The notes under the pieces: model-generated
Told to the model about the DNA's origin: nothing
Seen by the model: only the letters and a program-made list of their open reading frames with translations
The model's database searches: none
Source of the DNA: Convolutriloba macropyga
Taxonomy: Eukaryota
Length of the DNA: 64,000 nucleotides
Direction: 5' to 3'
Assembly (NCBI RefSeq): GCF_964194025.1
Contig: NC_134472.1
Span: 19,654,001-19,718,000 of the forward strand
In this document: piece after piece, positions 11,473 through 23,397 of the stretch
Layout: every line of letters starts with the position of its first letter
Position numbering within the stretch: position 1 is the first letter of the stretch
Made by a program: the position numbers and the translations under genes

Positions 11473-14400
11473 AACTGCAATGTCATTAGAGTTTGTTCGA
11501 CAAACACAATTAAATGTCTAAACGCAGAAATCATACTTCATGGGAACAGATGCGTTGGATTAATCGACAGTGGAAGTAGTATATCGCTTTTGAGCTGGTC
11601 CACATACGAAAAACTGGGAAAACCAGGAATTATACAAACATACACAAAACGAGTGTTAACAGCCAATAACTCAGCTGTCAAAATAATAGGCAGAGTAACG
11701 CTTTTGGTACAGATGCAACCAAGACTACCGGAGGTCGAACAAGAGTTTGTGATAACGGCAGACGAAGGTATAGAATGTCTACTGGGAATTGATTTCCTGA
11801 AAACCAATAAATGCGTATTGAACTTACACGAAGAGAAACTATATAGCAGTCACTTTAAAGTTTCAAAACCGCTCACCACAGAAAACGCAAGGTGTTCAAG
11901 TTTTTGCAATTGCGGGACAAAACACTTATATACAGAGTAAAAACGAAAATCTAATCAAAATTAGATTAGCTGATGAAAACGGAGAAGAAATTCCGGGAGT
12001 GGAAGGATTAGTGGAAGCAATTGGAGATTTTGAACTAAAGACTGGTTTGCTTTTAGCCGCCTGTATGATATCAATGGAAGATGGTTGGAGTTTGATAAAA
12101 GTGTTAAATCTAACGGACGCACCAGTAACCGTGTATAAAAGCACTAAAGTGGGAACTTACTTTGAAAACAAACAGAACTTAGTTGTGAATGGAATTTTCA
12201 CAAATCAAAATAAGCCAAAAAGATTAGAAACTTTTCAAATGGGAAAACACGCAAACTTGGAAGGTTCTAAACTAAATGACCAGCAGAAAGAGAAAGTACA
12301 GGAATTGTTCACGAGACATCAACAAGTCTTCTCACGAAACTCAAATGACTTAGGATATTGTGACAAAATTAAACACCAGATTAAACTCAACAAAGATGCA
12401 CAGCCGTTCAGAAGAAGTTATTGCAGTATGAGTTTTGACAAAAGAAAAGCAATGAAAAAAATTGTCGAAGATCTAGAGGATGCAAAATTAATTGAACCAA
12501 CCCATTCGTATTGGGCAGCACCATCAATATTGGTGAAGAAGAAAGATGGTAGCTACAGACTAGTTGTAGATTACAGAGGTTTGAATAAACAAATCGAGAA
12601 AACCAGTTGGCCGCTACCAAGAATAAATGACGTTATTGATTCTCTAGATGAAAATTGTTACTTTTCCAATATCGATTTGACATCGGGATATTTTCAAATG
12701 GCACTCGATGAAGAGTCACAGAACGTGACAGCCTTTGTAACTCCAATGTGACTCTACAAATGGAAGAGACTACCCATGGGTTTGGCGTCAGCGCCAGGAG
12801 CTTTTCAAAATTTAATGGAATTGATCATGTCGGGACTCTTCTATGAAGTGGCTCTAGTATACCTGGATGACATAATCATCTTCGGTAGATCCTTTGAGGA
12901 GCATCTCAACCGCCTAGATCTCGTACTTGGGCGACTTAAAGACGCTGGATTGAAAATAAAAGGCTCAAAATGCAGGTTTTTTCAGGAAAAAATTCATTTC
13001 CTGGGACACATTGTATCAAATAAAGGCGTAGAAGTGGATCCGGAGAAAGTAGCGGCAGTCAGTAAAATGAAAAGCCCACGAACAATAAAAGAATTGAGAG
13101 CTATATTAGGACTAGTAGGCTTTTACAGAAGATTCATACAAGATTTTGGAAAAATAGCAGAGCCGCTTTATAAGCTATTAAACAAAAAAGAACGTTTTAC
13201 TTGGAGCAAGGAATGCGAATCAGCAGTTGAACAACTAAAACAAGCTTTACAGAAAGCACCGATTTTGGGTTATCCGAATGACACGGATCCCTATACGTTA
13301 ACCACCGACGCTTCTCTGTTTGGAATTGGCGCAATTATTTCCCAAAGACAACAATGGGGTGAAAGAGTTATTGCATACGCAAGCAAAACGCTCAGCAAAA
13401 GTCAACGAAACTATTCTGCGACAAAACGAGAACTTTTTGCAATAGTTTATTTTACTCAACACTTCAGAAATTATCTTCTTGGACAACAATTTTTAATTGT
13501 TACTGACCATAGGGCCCTCACGTGGTTATATAGTTTTAAGGAACCAGACGGATTATTGGCCCGGTGGATAGAAAAGCTCGAACAGTTTGACTTTGAAATC
13601 AAACACGAAGCGGGAAAAAAGATCCCTCACGCGGACTGTCTGTCGAGAGTTCCACAGACTGAAGACCAAGTCGAAGACTGCAATCAAGTGAACCAAATAA
13701 ATACGGAAGAAAAAAATATCTGGTCCATTGGACTAGGGAAATCTGTTGAACAACTAGTTGAACATCAGAAAAATGCAGCCGACCTCATTATACTGAGAAA
13801 CTGGATTGAGAACGGGAAACGCCCTCAAAGAAAACACATGGCAGGAGCCTCTAGGGCACTGTGGAAACTTTGGATTGATTTTAGAAACTTACGGATTGAA
13901 AATGATCTAATCAAGAGACAGAAACATATTGACGAAATTAATAACAAATAGTCATTCAGAGATCACTTTTAAAAGAAATTCTACCTTTCCTTCATGAACA
14001 TTGCGGACACTTTGGTATGGCCAAGACATTTGATCGGGTTCGAGAACGATTCTACTGGCCCGGGATGAAAAAAGATGTCCATGAGTGGGTAAGTTCTTGC
14101 GAATAATGCTGTCAAAACAAATCTCCACACCAGAAACACATACACAGTCTGACAACGTGGAAACCAAGTCATCCGTTCTGGCAAGTTGCCTTAGACATTA
14201 TGGGACCTTTACCCGAGTCCAGCGGAAACAAATACATTCTGTTAATTGGAGATCAATTTACAAAATGGTATGAAGCAATTCCCATGAGCAACCAAGAAGC
14301 TTCAACGGTCGCTATGGCCTTTGTAAATATATGGGTTTCAAGGTTTGGTTGTCCGGCAAATCTTCATAGCGACAAGGGCAGTAATTTTATGTCGAATCTT

Positions 14401-15543
14401 TTCAAGAACATGTGTAAAGAGCTGGGAATTAACAGGACTTCAACAACAGCTTATCACCCTCAAGGAAACGCAATGATAGAGCGCACCAATCGCACAATCG
14501 AAGAGAGTCTTGCAAAATACGTGGGTGAACATCACAACACCTGGAGCGACTACCTTCCGCTAGTAATGATGGCGTACAGATCATCAATTCACTTTGTTTC
14601 GAAGTACAGCCCCTTTTACCTCCTTTTTGGACGATCATGCGCGCTGCCGATTGATTGCATGTATCAAACAATACAAACCAAAATCTACCCAACTTTGAGT
14701 GATTATGTTGGTTGCTTGAAAGATGAACTACAAACGTGCCATGAGCTGGTACGGGAAAGCATGGATGTGGAGCAACAAAGACAAAAAACCTACTATGACC
14801 GTAGCACATTTGGACCACAATATGAAGTAGGTGATTTAGTAATGGTGTTCAACCCCACAATGAAAACTGGCCAGACAAAGAAATTTAAATCCTTTTACAG
14901 CGGACCGCAGGTAATACGTGAAATAATAAACGATCTGAACTTTGTTATTGAGGATGTGAAAACAAAAAAACAACAAAAGGTCCACTACGATCGACTCAAA
15001 CGTTTTAACAGTAGAAGTGCTACCACCGATAAAAAAGAACCTAAGAAGGGAAAGATTGAACCGAAAATAGCACAAAACGACCTTACGGAGGACAATGATT
15101 TTGTGGAAATTGAAGTGGTGACCCCGAAACAGAATGACACAGAAAGAAGAGAAGTTCAACCTGAAGGAAATATTAGTCAAATTAATCCTAATACTGAAAC
15201 TCACAATGAGACAGTCAAAGACGAATCGTTTCAAACACCTATGGGTGGGAGTACAAGAGAATCAACAAATACTAACACCAACAATAAGAGCAGAAGCACA
15301 AAGATACCTGCGCCCAAAGTAGCCACACAGCAGAAGCGGGATAGTCTGGTGTCAACATCCGAAAGGAGTGAAGGCGAAGAATTTCCAAATAGGAGCACGG
15401 CTTCTACTTCGCAAAATGTCACCGAACGACGATATCAGACAAGAAGTGCGTCGGGAATAACAAGACCACGGAAACTGAAAGACTATTTTTTATTCAAGGA
15501 TAACGATTCAGATGAAAAATTTGATAATGATGTATTTTTTTAA
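11473..15543 (+). pseudogene. pol: Pol (protease-RT-RNase H-integrase), disrupted
   Basis: PR LIDSGSS in the gag frame just after the TAG; RT YRLVVDYRGLN, MGL..AP..FQ, YLDDII; RH TDAS, RELFAI, TDH; IN H..GHFG..FYWPGM..C..C, DIMGP/HSDKG/IERTN, GPQ-type SH3 CTD. Frameshifts near 11885 and 13940; stops at 12749 (TGA) and 14104 (TAA). Confidence 0.93.
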
Positions 15544-15559
15544 AAGGTGATACGACAAA

Positions 15560-17223
15560 ATGCAGAGTGCGTGGAACCCACATTGGATCGTGCAGCTGAA
15601 CTGGAAACTTCTTCAGATGAATATTGACCGAACCGACTCTGAATTTGTTCAGAAGATATCAAAAACTTTCATGAAAGGCGGAAATGAGAAAGGAGTGAAT
15701 TATGTCTACCCCGTGGATTGGATCAATCCAAAAGGTGAAACAAAGAAAGGTAACATCATGATAAATGCAGAAATTTTCATGGGGACTTTGTTCATTGAAA
15801 CTAGGGAAGCAAATGAAGGAACATGGTTATATTTTAAAGACCCTTTGAAACAGGAGCAGACCTTGTTATATCAAGGAGACACATTTGAAATAGATTCATT
15901 ACAATATCTGTTCGACCAAGACAAAAAACCAAACATCTTAACGATCGTTAAATTTTCAGACTGGATAACAGCAAAACTAGTCCGCGCTGGAAACAAAAAG
16001 TACTTGACGAGCAAATTAGACAGAAAAAGAAATTTAGTTGTCCAGTTGAAAAACAAGACAAAACATATAGACAGTTTTCTGCTTTTTGAAACAAACCACA
16101 GAAATTTGTTTTATACAACGGAAAAGTTGACGGCCACGGAACAAAATTTTTCAACAACAGATATATCTGAGACAGATCTCAGGGACATAAAACTCGATCA
16201 ACTTTTTGTGTGGGATTTTCGAGGCATGTTGAAAACCTGAAAGAAATAGAGTTATTAAATTGTCACATAGAAAAACTGCACAGAGCTATGATTCTAACGA
16301 CATCAACTAACGGAAATTCACACCAAATTTTCTTAAGTCAACAAAACGCTCTGGGTACACACGCAGAAAGAGCGGGAGGAATACTATATGTCCATAGGTG
16401 CGCTAAAGTAATCGTACATGTTGTCGAAAATCAGTTTTGTACGGAGGAAGTACCAGTTAGGGTGTTTTCTGACAACACTTCAGAAGTAATTAGATACATG
16501 GACCCCATTTCTAGAGTATTCTATAGAAATTTCACACTGATTAATTGCAACCCCATGTACCCGAACGCTCTTGAATTGCAGAATGGGTCATGGATAACAT
16601 ATGGGCGAAGGATACAATTACTTGAAAAACCCAATGTTATGCCTAATTATAGAGTTAACGTCAATTGGTCAACTTCGGCGCCAATGGAAGGGTTTTTCAA
16701 TGACAAGGACCTGGAACTTAGCAAAAGGGCCCAAAGGTTAAGGCATTCGAGAAAGACGATAACAGGAAGAGAAGTTTTCCTGGGACAAGGATGTTTATAT
16801 GAGCATGAGACTCTAGAGTATTTCAACACGGATTTAAATTACAATAATCAGTGGCATGAATTGCTGATTTTTGAATATTTGGGTAATGAAGTGAAACAAA
16901 TCTGGCATGTGGCCAGGGAAATAACCATCAGTTTAATGACTATTTTTATTGGATCTAAAATCATATTTTGTTTGGTACGCGTGTTTCTTTCAATCGATAT
17001 GCTACGCAGTGGCACCAATCCTGTAATTGCACTGCAACCCATTAACCGAATGGGGGAACTAGGTTATTTCCATTATCTAAAACAACGTACAAAGGAACAA
17101 GAATTGACAGGAAAAAGGACAGTTGAACGGTGGGATGGTGAAACAAACATCGTTGTTATAAAAGCAAAAAAGGTAAAATCTGTACCAGATATGGCCGAAA
17201 TTGAAATTGATACCTTAGACTAA
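15560..17223 (+). pseudogene. env: env-like glycoprotein (two ORFs joined by a frameshift near 16205), class III fusion protein-like
   Basis: Lies in the env position after IN. Cys pattern AGGILYVHRC.KV.V......C.EE.PV...YMDP.SR......INC.P..P......W, N-glycosylation sequons (NTS, NFT, NGS, NWS), C-proximal hydrophobic TM ITISLMTIFIGSKIIFCLVRVFL. No evident signal peptide. Confidence 0.7.
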
Positions 17224-17245
17224 TTTATGTGTATGATATGTAGGA

Positions 17246-18088
17246 ATGGCAGAACCAAAAATCGGTGATTATTGCTACTATCTACCCGAGTTGTTCGAAG
17301 TGAGGTCAATAGTCAGGCAACAAGTGTATCGGATTGTTGGTGTAACCTCAAACAAAAGGTACGTGGTGCCACTGACGCAGCTGCAACCACCCAATATAGT
17401 GGATAGAGCCGCAATTAGCGTTGATGAGTTAAATGAGATGCAACACAGAATCGAGGAACAACAAAAGAAGATTGACAACAGCGAAATGCTGGGAACAGCC
17501 GGGGCTCGGCTCGAAGAGGAGCTCCGGCAGTTAAAACTTGAAAGTCAAAGATTAGGTGATCAATTGCTGGAGACCCAACGGCAACTTGAATACGCTGGGA
17601 ATCAGCGGGAGTCTTGCAGAAGGCAGGTGGAAACATTGAAGAAAGAGTTGGAGGAGGTTACAAATGTAGCCGAAACAAAAACAAGGGAATGTATCGCTCT
17701 GGTGGATGAGCGGGAGGGCTTAGCTCGGGAGTTGGAGAATGCCGAGATAGACAATAGAAAGCTGAGGGGTAGAGTAAAAACAGAGCAAACCTCAAAGAAG
17801 GTCATACAGAGGAGGCTGGAGGCGATCAATGCGCAGAGCCCGTTCAGTCGACCTCCAAACTTTTATGAACTTCTATTCCTGCCACAGGGGGCCACAACCA
17901 GTACTATCCAGAAACATTTCAAAACGTTAGCAATGCTTTGTCATCCGGACAAGGGTGGTCGTGAGGACATGTTCAAAATCATTCTTCAAGCAAAGAAAAT
18001 TATGGAAGACGAGGAGGCCCGTAATATCTATGACAAGTACGGCATTGAAAAAGCACAAGAATATATGAACTCGAAAATGGACATTTGA
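17246..18088 (+). CDS. Retroelement-encoded 280-aa protein: SH3-like N-terminus, coiled coil, C-terminal DnaJ J-domain
   Basis: aa ~205-266 NFYELL.L...AT...I.K.FK.LA..CHPDKGG.E..FK.I..A..I..DEE.R.IYDKYG is a canonical J-domain (HPD at 17942-17950). aa ~57-195 is E/Q/L/R-rich heptad sequence. ATG-to-stop intact and inside the LTRs. Confidence 0.92.
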   Translation: MAEPKIGDYCYYLPELFEVRSIVRQQVYRIVGVTSNKRYVVPLTQLQPPNIVDRAAISVDELNEMQHRIEEQQKKIDNSEMLGTAGARLEEELRQLKLESQRLGDQLLETQRQLEYAGNQRESCRRQVETLKKELEEVTNVAETKTRECIALVDEREGLARELENAEIDNRKLRGRVKTEQTSKKVIQRRLEAINAQSPFSRPPNFYELLFLPQGATTSTIQKHFKTLAMLCHPDKGGREDMFKIILQAKKIMEDEEARNIYDKYGIEKAQEYMNSKMDI

Positions 18089-18129
18089 AACTCTTGCTGT
18101 GTGAGTGATTGGAACACTCACATTTTTCT

Positions 18130-18142
18130 AAGAGGGAGGCAG
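18130..18142 (+). promoter_or_regulatory. Polypurine tract
   Basis: aagagggaggcag immediately precedes the 3' LTR. Confidence 0.8.
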
Positions 18143-18758
18143 TATAGTGAACCATATTGTATGACATGCTCATAAATTACATATTAAGCGCATAATTCGA
18201 AATTTTCATAAACAAAAAGGAGAACAAAAAGAGATGGTTACTAATAGTAAACCGGATTTTAACAATATAGAGAAAGCATCATAAATAATGATGGGAATCA
18301 TCATAGAATTTAATATTGACGGGACACGTCAAGGAATGTTTGTTCATGACGGGATTCGTCAAGCAGGTAAACCTGTTATCTGTTAGTTTAACAAACAGGG
18401 ACCCATGCGGTAGAAAATAACTATGAGAAAATCCCACGGAGATTAACGAAAATGGGTAAAAATAACCTAAGATTAATTAACCATTGATAGGACTGAAACC
18501 AAAGAACATATTCAAACCTAAACCTTACACAAACGAGCTGCCTCTCTTTAATTGCTTTACATCTCTCATCTTCACAAATCTTCTAATATTTACAAGCAAT
18601 TGATCTAATTTTGTATTAAACTGATTGAACTTTTACATTTGCTCCATTAAATTCAAGTCTGAAACTTGGAAAATTTTCCTCAGTAACTCCGAGGTTTAAA
18701 GTGCTTAGGAATAACATCCAACCCAAACCGTAACCGTTGACAGTGCACGGATATTACA
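18143..18758 (+). repeat. 3' LTR (616 bp)
   Basis: Direct repeat of 8849-9463, followed by TSD CTGA. Confidence 0.93.
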
Positions 18759-18762
18759 CTGA

Positions 18763-20400
18763 TAATCGGGTAACCTCATTTGGGGCAGTGTAGGGCGTGG
18801 ACACAGAACGAAAGATGATCCACAGAAACATGTTGACTGCATATTTTTGAATTCTCATCCGTAGAGGATACAGAGGTCATCGCGGAATACCGATGGTGTA
18901 AGCCAGAGTCCGTGCTTTTTGATTGGCAAGGCGTTTAGCCAGGAGGAGGCACCTTTCTCCTTTGCAAGTTTCAGGCCGTATGAGAAGACGTGACTCGTCG
19001 CACCAATATTTTGGTTTTGCTTTTGCGTTGCTGTGTTCAGGTCTCTTTCTTCATTCGGTCTTCTTCCGGAATTATGAGGTCGGACGATGCGTAGTCGAGT
19101 TGTGCTGAAAGATTCTGGGACTCTGAATAGTTTCTGCTGTAATCATGTGGTTGGTTGATTGCCAGCCCATCATTTCTGACGGGGAGGGAGAGTACACGTC
19201 TCGCTATCTCTTCTGGACGATCTCTGTTCGTCAAGGCTGGGATGAGATTGTCGCTTATGATTTCTTCAGCATGGTGAAGAAAATCTGTTGTTTAGGTGTG
19301 GTTCTGGACGGAAACGTCATTCTTTTCTGAAGTCCTTTGACGTAGCAGTGGTAAGCTGCTTTGGATCATGACTTGCCAAATTTTAAGAGTTAGTGAAATA
19401 ATTTTGTGTAGTCGTTGTTTTCGTTTTTCAACAACTGCTTAGCCAAAGCTAGGCCCCTAATGGGAGAGATTCTCGAAAAGTTCGGGCTGTTGCTGGAGAG
19501 ACCCGGCTGCGTTGCCGCCGTCAGCGTACCATTTTTGCACAATTTTTGGCGTTTGCAGATTCAAGATTAGAGGCTTTTTTGCAATCCCGTACATTAGCAT
19601 GGCTATTGGGTCTCCTGGAGTGCAGCTTTTTTGAGAAAAGAAGGCGCTTTTGTCAACAAAAAGGCTGCTTGTTGTCTGGTAGGTGTTTGAAGGAGGTATG
19701 TAGAGAGAAGGGCTCATTCTGCGAACATTTTCTAGGGCGGTTGTTCTGTTTAGTAGATTGAAGGCATTAGTGGCATCTATCAGTAAAATAGCTTCACAAT
19801 TCTCCTTTTTGAATTCTCTGCGCAGAGCGTGGATTGTATGTTCGATTCCGGCGGTCTCACCAAAGCAGAGCTGAAAATTGCCTCCAATTCTCTCGGCCTC
19901 TGCGCCCTGACAACTTGAGATGCATCGCCCAATAATTCGGCGCAGAATTTCCCCTATCCCAATGGGTTGTACGCTTGGACACTTGTCAAGTAGGATCAGT
20001 CTGCTGTTGTTGTACGCTTCTAATGAAGTATTGGGCAATACTTCAGTCGCTATTCTGTAAGCTAGTCTTGCCACTGTTTTACGGAGGTTAATTGAGGCTT
20101 TGTCGAATGAGGTCAGAAGTCTTCTCCATTGAAAAGAGTCCTGACCAGTGGGTCCATGTGACAATTTTGTTTTTTGAGTTGCCCTTTCAATTGCGTTATC
20201 GTCGATTTTGTTGAAGAATGAGTTGAGGGGTTAGCTTTCTCGTGGCTGACGAGGCATGAAGAATTTATCGGCTGGCCTCCGGGGTGTTTTTCGGCTAGAA
20301 TTTTTGCAATAGTTTTGTCCCCGTTTTTGTCCTTTAGTGACAGAACTTTGCCATTTGCTGTCGAGTTTTCTGATGGCATTGACAATTTTTCCGTTTTTCA
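18763..20400 (-). mobile_element. Decayed CRE-clade non-LTR element (RT and start of CCHC finger), continues at 8844-8430
   Basis: SHGPTGQD...W.RLL, RLI.LDK.P.V.PIGIGEILRRIIG, AGIEHTIH, LLIDATNAFN..NR, GDPIAM..YG, WYADG. Confidence 0.85.
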
Positions 20401-20759
20401 TGAATCAGTGCAACAGTGCTATCTAGTTTTAAATTCAGCAAATTACAAAACGGGGGTGTTATCAACCAATGTAGGGAACAATATGAAACATCACGGCAAT
20501 GTAAATAAATGTACTACACAAATACATGCTCATAGCATCGTCAAACAAAAAGAAGGCACTATAACTCTTTTAAAGCTGCGACATTTAATTAATTTGTTAT
20601 GAATATAGTCTCCCCTACCGCACTATGGCTCTGCAAAAAAATATCAATGTCAGTCGGCCGTTTGGATTCACAATGATCTCTAAGGCATATGATAGCGCTG
20701 CACAGAAGACCAAAATATATTCTCGTGCGTATGTACGTTATTGCGTTCGAGTATTATTC

Positions 20760-22870
20760 GTTTTTGTTTTCAGCAATTTTGCTAGCTAATTGTTTTATGA
20801 TGCTCGTTGCGTACGGTCTTGCGACCCGATGCAGGAAAACTCTAGTGGAACGAAGTAACACTTCTTGACGTCAAGTGTTCGTTGATCATACTTGAGGAAC
20901 TTCAACGACTCATGATATTTCTACGTTTCTACGGAGTTTTTGGGGCATAACTTGGCAAGTGGATTAAAGACTTTTACATCGATGAAACAACGGCTGAAAC
21001 TGGACCCCATAGGCCATTCCTTTTAATGTCTGTTCTCGCGTTTTCATCCGTGCTAAGAGTTTTTTGTATAAGGGAACCGCCTTGAAGCAACTCAAGAGTC
21101 GGCTCAACCTCGACATCATAGCAAACGTCTTGCATGTTCTTAGCAAAGGTGTTTTGGATCTTGTTGTGTCTCATGTGTGTAAACCTACCCTTCGCACATT
21201 GGAGAGCAGGTGATAGCGTGAAAGTTTCACCACATGGATGACTAATGGCCGTATTTTTGGCTTCGATGTTACATCTTATGCAAAGCCTGTCTCTAAATTC
21301 GGATTTCGTTAGTGTGAAACCGCAACGTTTAAGCGGTAGAGCTACGAGCCAGTTCAAGTCTCATTTTTCCGCAGCCATTTCTATTACATGGCATTGCTCC
21401 TTATGAAGGTCTTCCATGAGATCTTTCTTACGCGATAATATTAATGCGTGTGGTTAGTTGGTTGTGCGTTATGCGTTCTTGGGTGAGATGAGCAATTGCT
21501 AGATCCTGGTCTTCAAAAGATGCGCATGCTGTTGGCGAAGCGGCGTATCCGGTTTTGTAATCTTTTGGCTCATTGATGTTAAGTCCGCCCTCCCGGATTG
21601 ATAGCGAATACAATCGCCGTGCGGAATCAGACACCAGAGACTCAAAGAACGACGGTAGGACGTGCATTTGGATGTTGGCTTCCGCATCTGTGAAGTTTTT
21701 CGGCGAGTTTGGCACGCTTCTTGTGAGGCATGCGTAAGCGTTTTGAGGGGATGTTTATGCTACCAACTCCGATTTTTTCAACAAACACTTTCAACAAACA
21801 CTTTCAACAAAAAATACTTTCAACAAACACTTTCAACAAATACTTTCCAGCCGATGTTACCTTAAAGTTTTCATAATCTTTCCCATTGCATATTACAGAT
21901 CCCAGAACGCAGCTGCCGTCAACGATTGCAACTACCGTCTTTTCAAACAATCGTAGAGCTTTCATCTTTGAAGCCTCTTTTACTATTAATTGACACTTCG
22001 GGGCGCTCATGGTGTAGCCAAAATAGCTACCATGTTCAGTGAGTTGTTTGACGAACACATTTAAGTCATGTGCGTGTGCTGGACAAACTTGAGCAAGGTA
22101 AAAGTGGCTGCTCCATACACAGCCATAGCAATGGGGTGCCCTTGAGTTGTGCCCTCTAGGGACTGCAGTGTTTTACAAGTGGCATATAAATCGGACGGGG
22201 CTGAATAAGAGTTTTGAACAAAACTTAAAACGGAGCAAATTCTCTTGACATTTTCTACTGCCAGGTTACGATTGACGTAGTTGAAGGCGTTTTTTGCTTC
22301 TATTAGGAGAACAGTTTCCGTTTAAGGTTTTTCATATTGCAAACGCAGAGACTGAATTGCGTGTTCAATCCCGCGCTATTGGCGTAGGCAAAGTTATGTA
22401 ATGAAGCGTCGGTCATTTTCTATATGCCTGATGATGCATTTGCCTATGATGCGACGAAGAACTTCTCCTATGCCAATAGTTCGAACACCGGGTTTTTGTA
22501 AGGGGACTAGTCTGCATGCTTTGTGCGCTTCAAGAGATTTTTCAGACGATTTTTCAATTGACAGACGGACAGCAATTTTGGCAACAGTTTTCTCTATGTT
22601 TGCTGAAGTGAAAAGTGGTCTCCACTTGTTTGCGTCTAGACAAGAAGGTCCGTGAATGCCATGAGTTTTCAAGGTTTTCTTTTTATTTGCCGATGCGCCT
22701 ATGTTTTCGAAGATTCCGGTGTGGTAAGGGATTGCAGGGAACGTGTTTTTGTCAGCTATGTAATTGATGTTTACTTGAGAAGAATCGAGTGTTTCTCTAT
22801 GAGCAACTCCTACACTTTTCCCATTAATTGTATCCTTTGGTGATAAAATCCCGGACGATAGTTCACCAGT
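20760..22870 (-). mobile_element. Second decayed CRE-clade non-LTR element (RT, CCHC, REL endonuclease)
   Basis: HGPSCLDANKW, RLVPLQKPGVRTIGIGEVLRRIIGK, GTTQG.P.AM, EHGSYFGY...KC, SIREGGLNI, WL..LP....F.L.K.EFRD.L..R, RHNKI, DVEVEP.L, ARTDI...GLW. Includes a 13-bp minisatellite (ttcaacaaacact) at ~21777-21848. Confidence 0.85.
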
Positions 22871-23048
22871 GATGGCGTACAAAATTCTTCCGGTTAGGAA
22901 AGGATTCTTAGTTAGGAATGTGAGACGGGGGGTTGGGGTAGGTGGTACGGGGACAGTGGTGGTGGATGGGGTAGTTGGAGGGAGGATGGATGTAAGTGGT
23001 GGAAGCACCTTTCACACTATGAGTATACGTCTCCAAACGTATTCTGTG

Positions 23049-23397
23049 NNNNNNNNNNNNNNNNNNNNNNNNNNNNNNNNNNNNNNNNNNNNNNNNNNNN
23101 NNNNNNNNNNNNNNNNNNNNNNNNNNNNNNNNNNNNNNNNNNNNNNNNNNNNNNNNNNNNNNNNNNNNNNNNNNNNNNNNNNNNNNNNNNNNNNNNNNNN
23201 NNNNNNNNNNNNNNNNNNNNNNNNNNNNNNNNNNNNNNNNNNNNNNNNNNNNNNNNNNNNNNNNNNNNNNNNNNNNNNNNNNNNNNNNNNNNNNNNNNNN
23301 NNNNNNNNNNNNNNNNNNNNNNNNNNNNNNNNNNNNNNNNNNNNNNNNNNNNNNNNNNNNNNNNNNNNNNNNNNNNNNNNNNNNNNNNNNNNNNNNN
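23049..23397. other. Assembly gap (N run); further gaps at 27125-27523 and 34346-34655
   Basis: Runs of n. Confidence 1.

Larger units (their letters stand above)
8849..18758 (+). mobile_element. Full-length Ty3/Gypsy LTR retroelement (~9.9 kb) with gag, pol, env-like and J-domain ORFs
   Basis: Two ~615-bp direct repeats, 4-bp TSD CTGA (8845-8848 and 18759-18762), PBS after the 5' LTR, PPT before the 3' LTR, domain order PR-RT-RH-IN. Confidence 0.96.
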
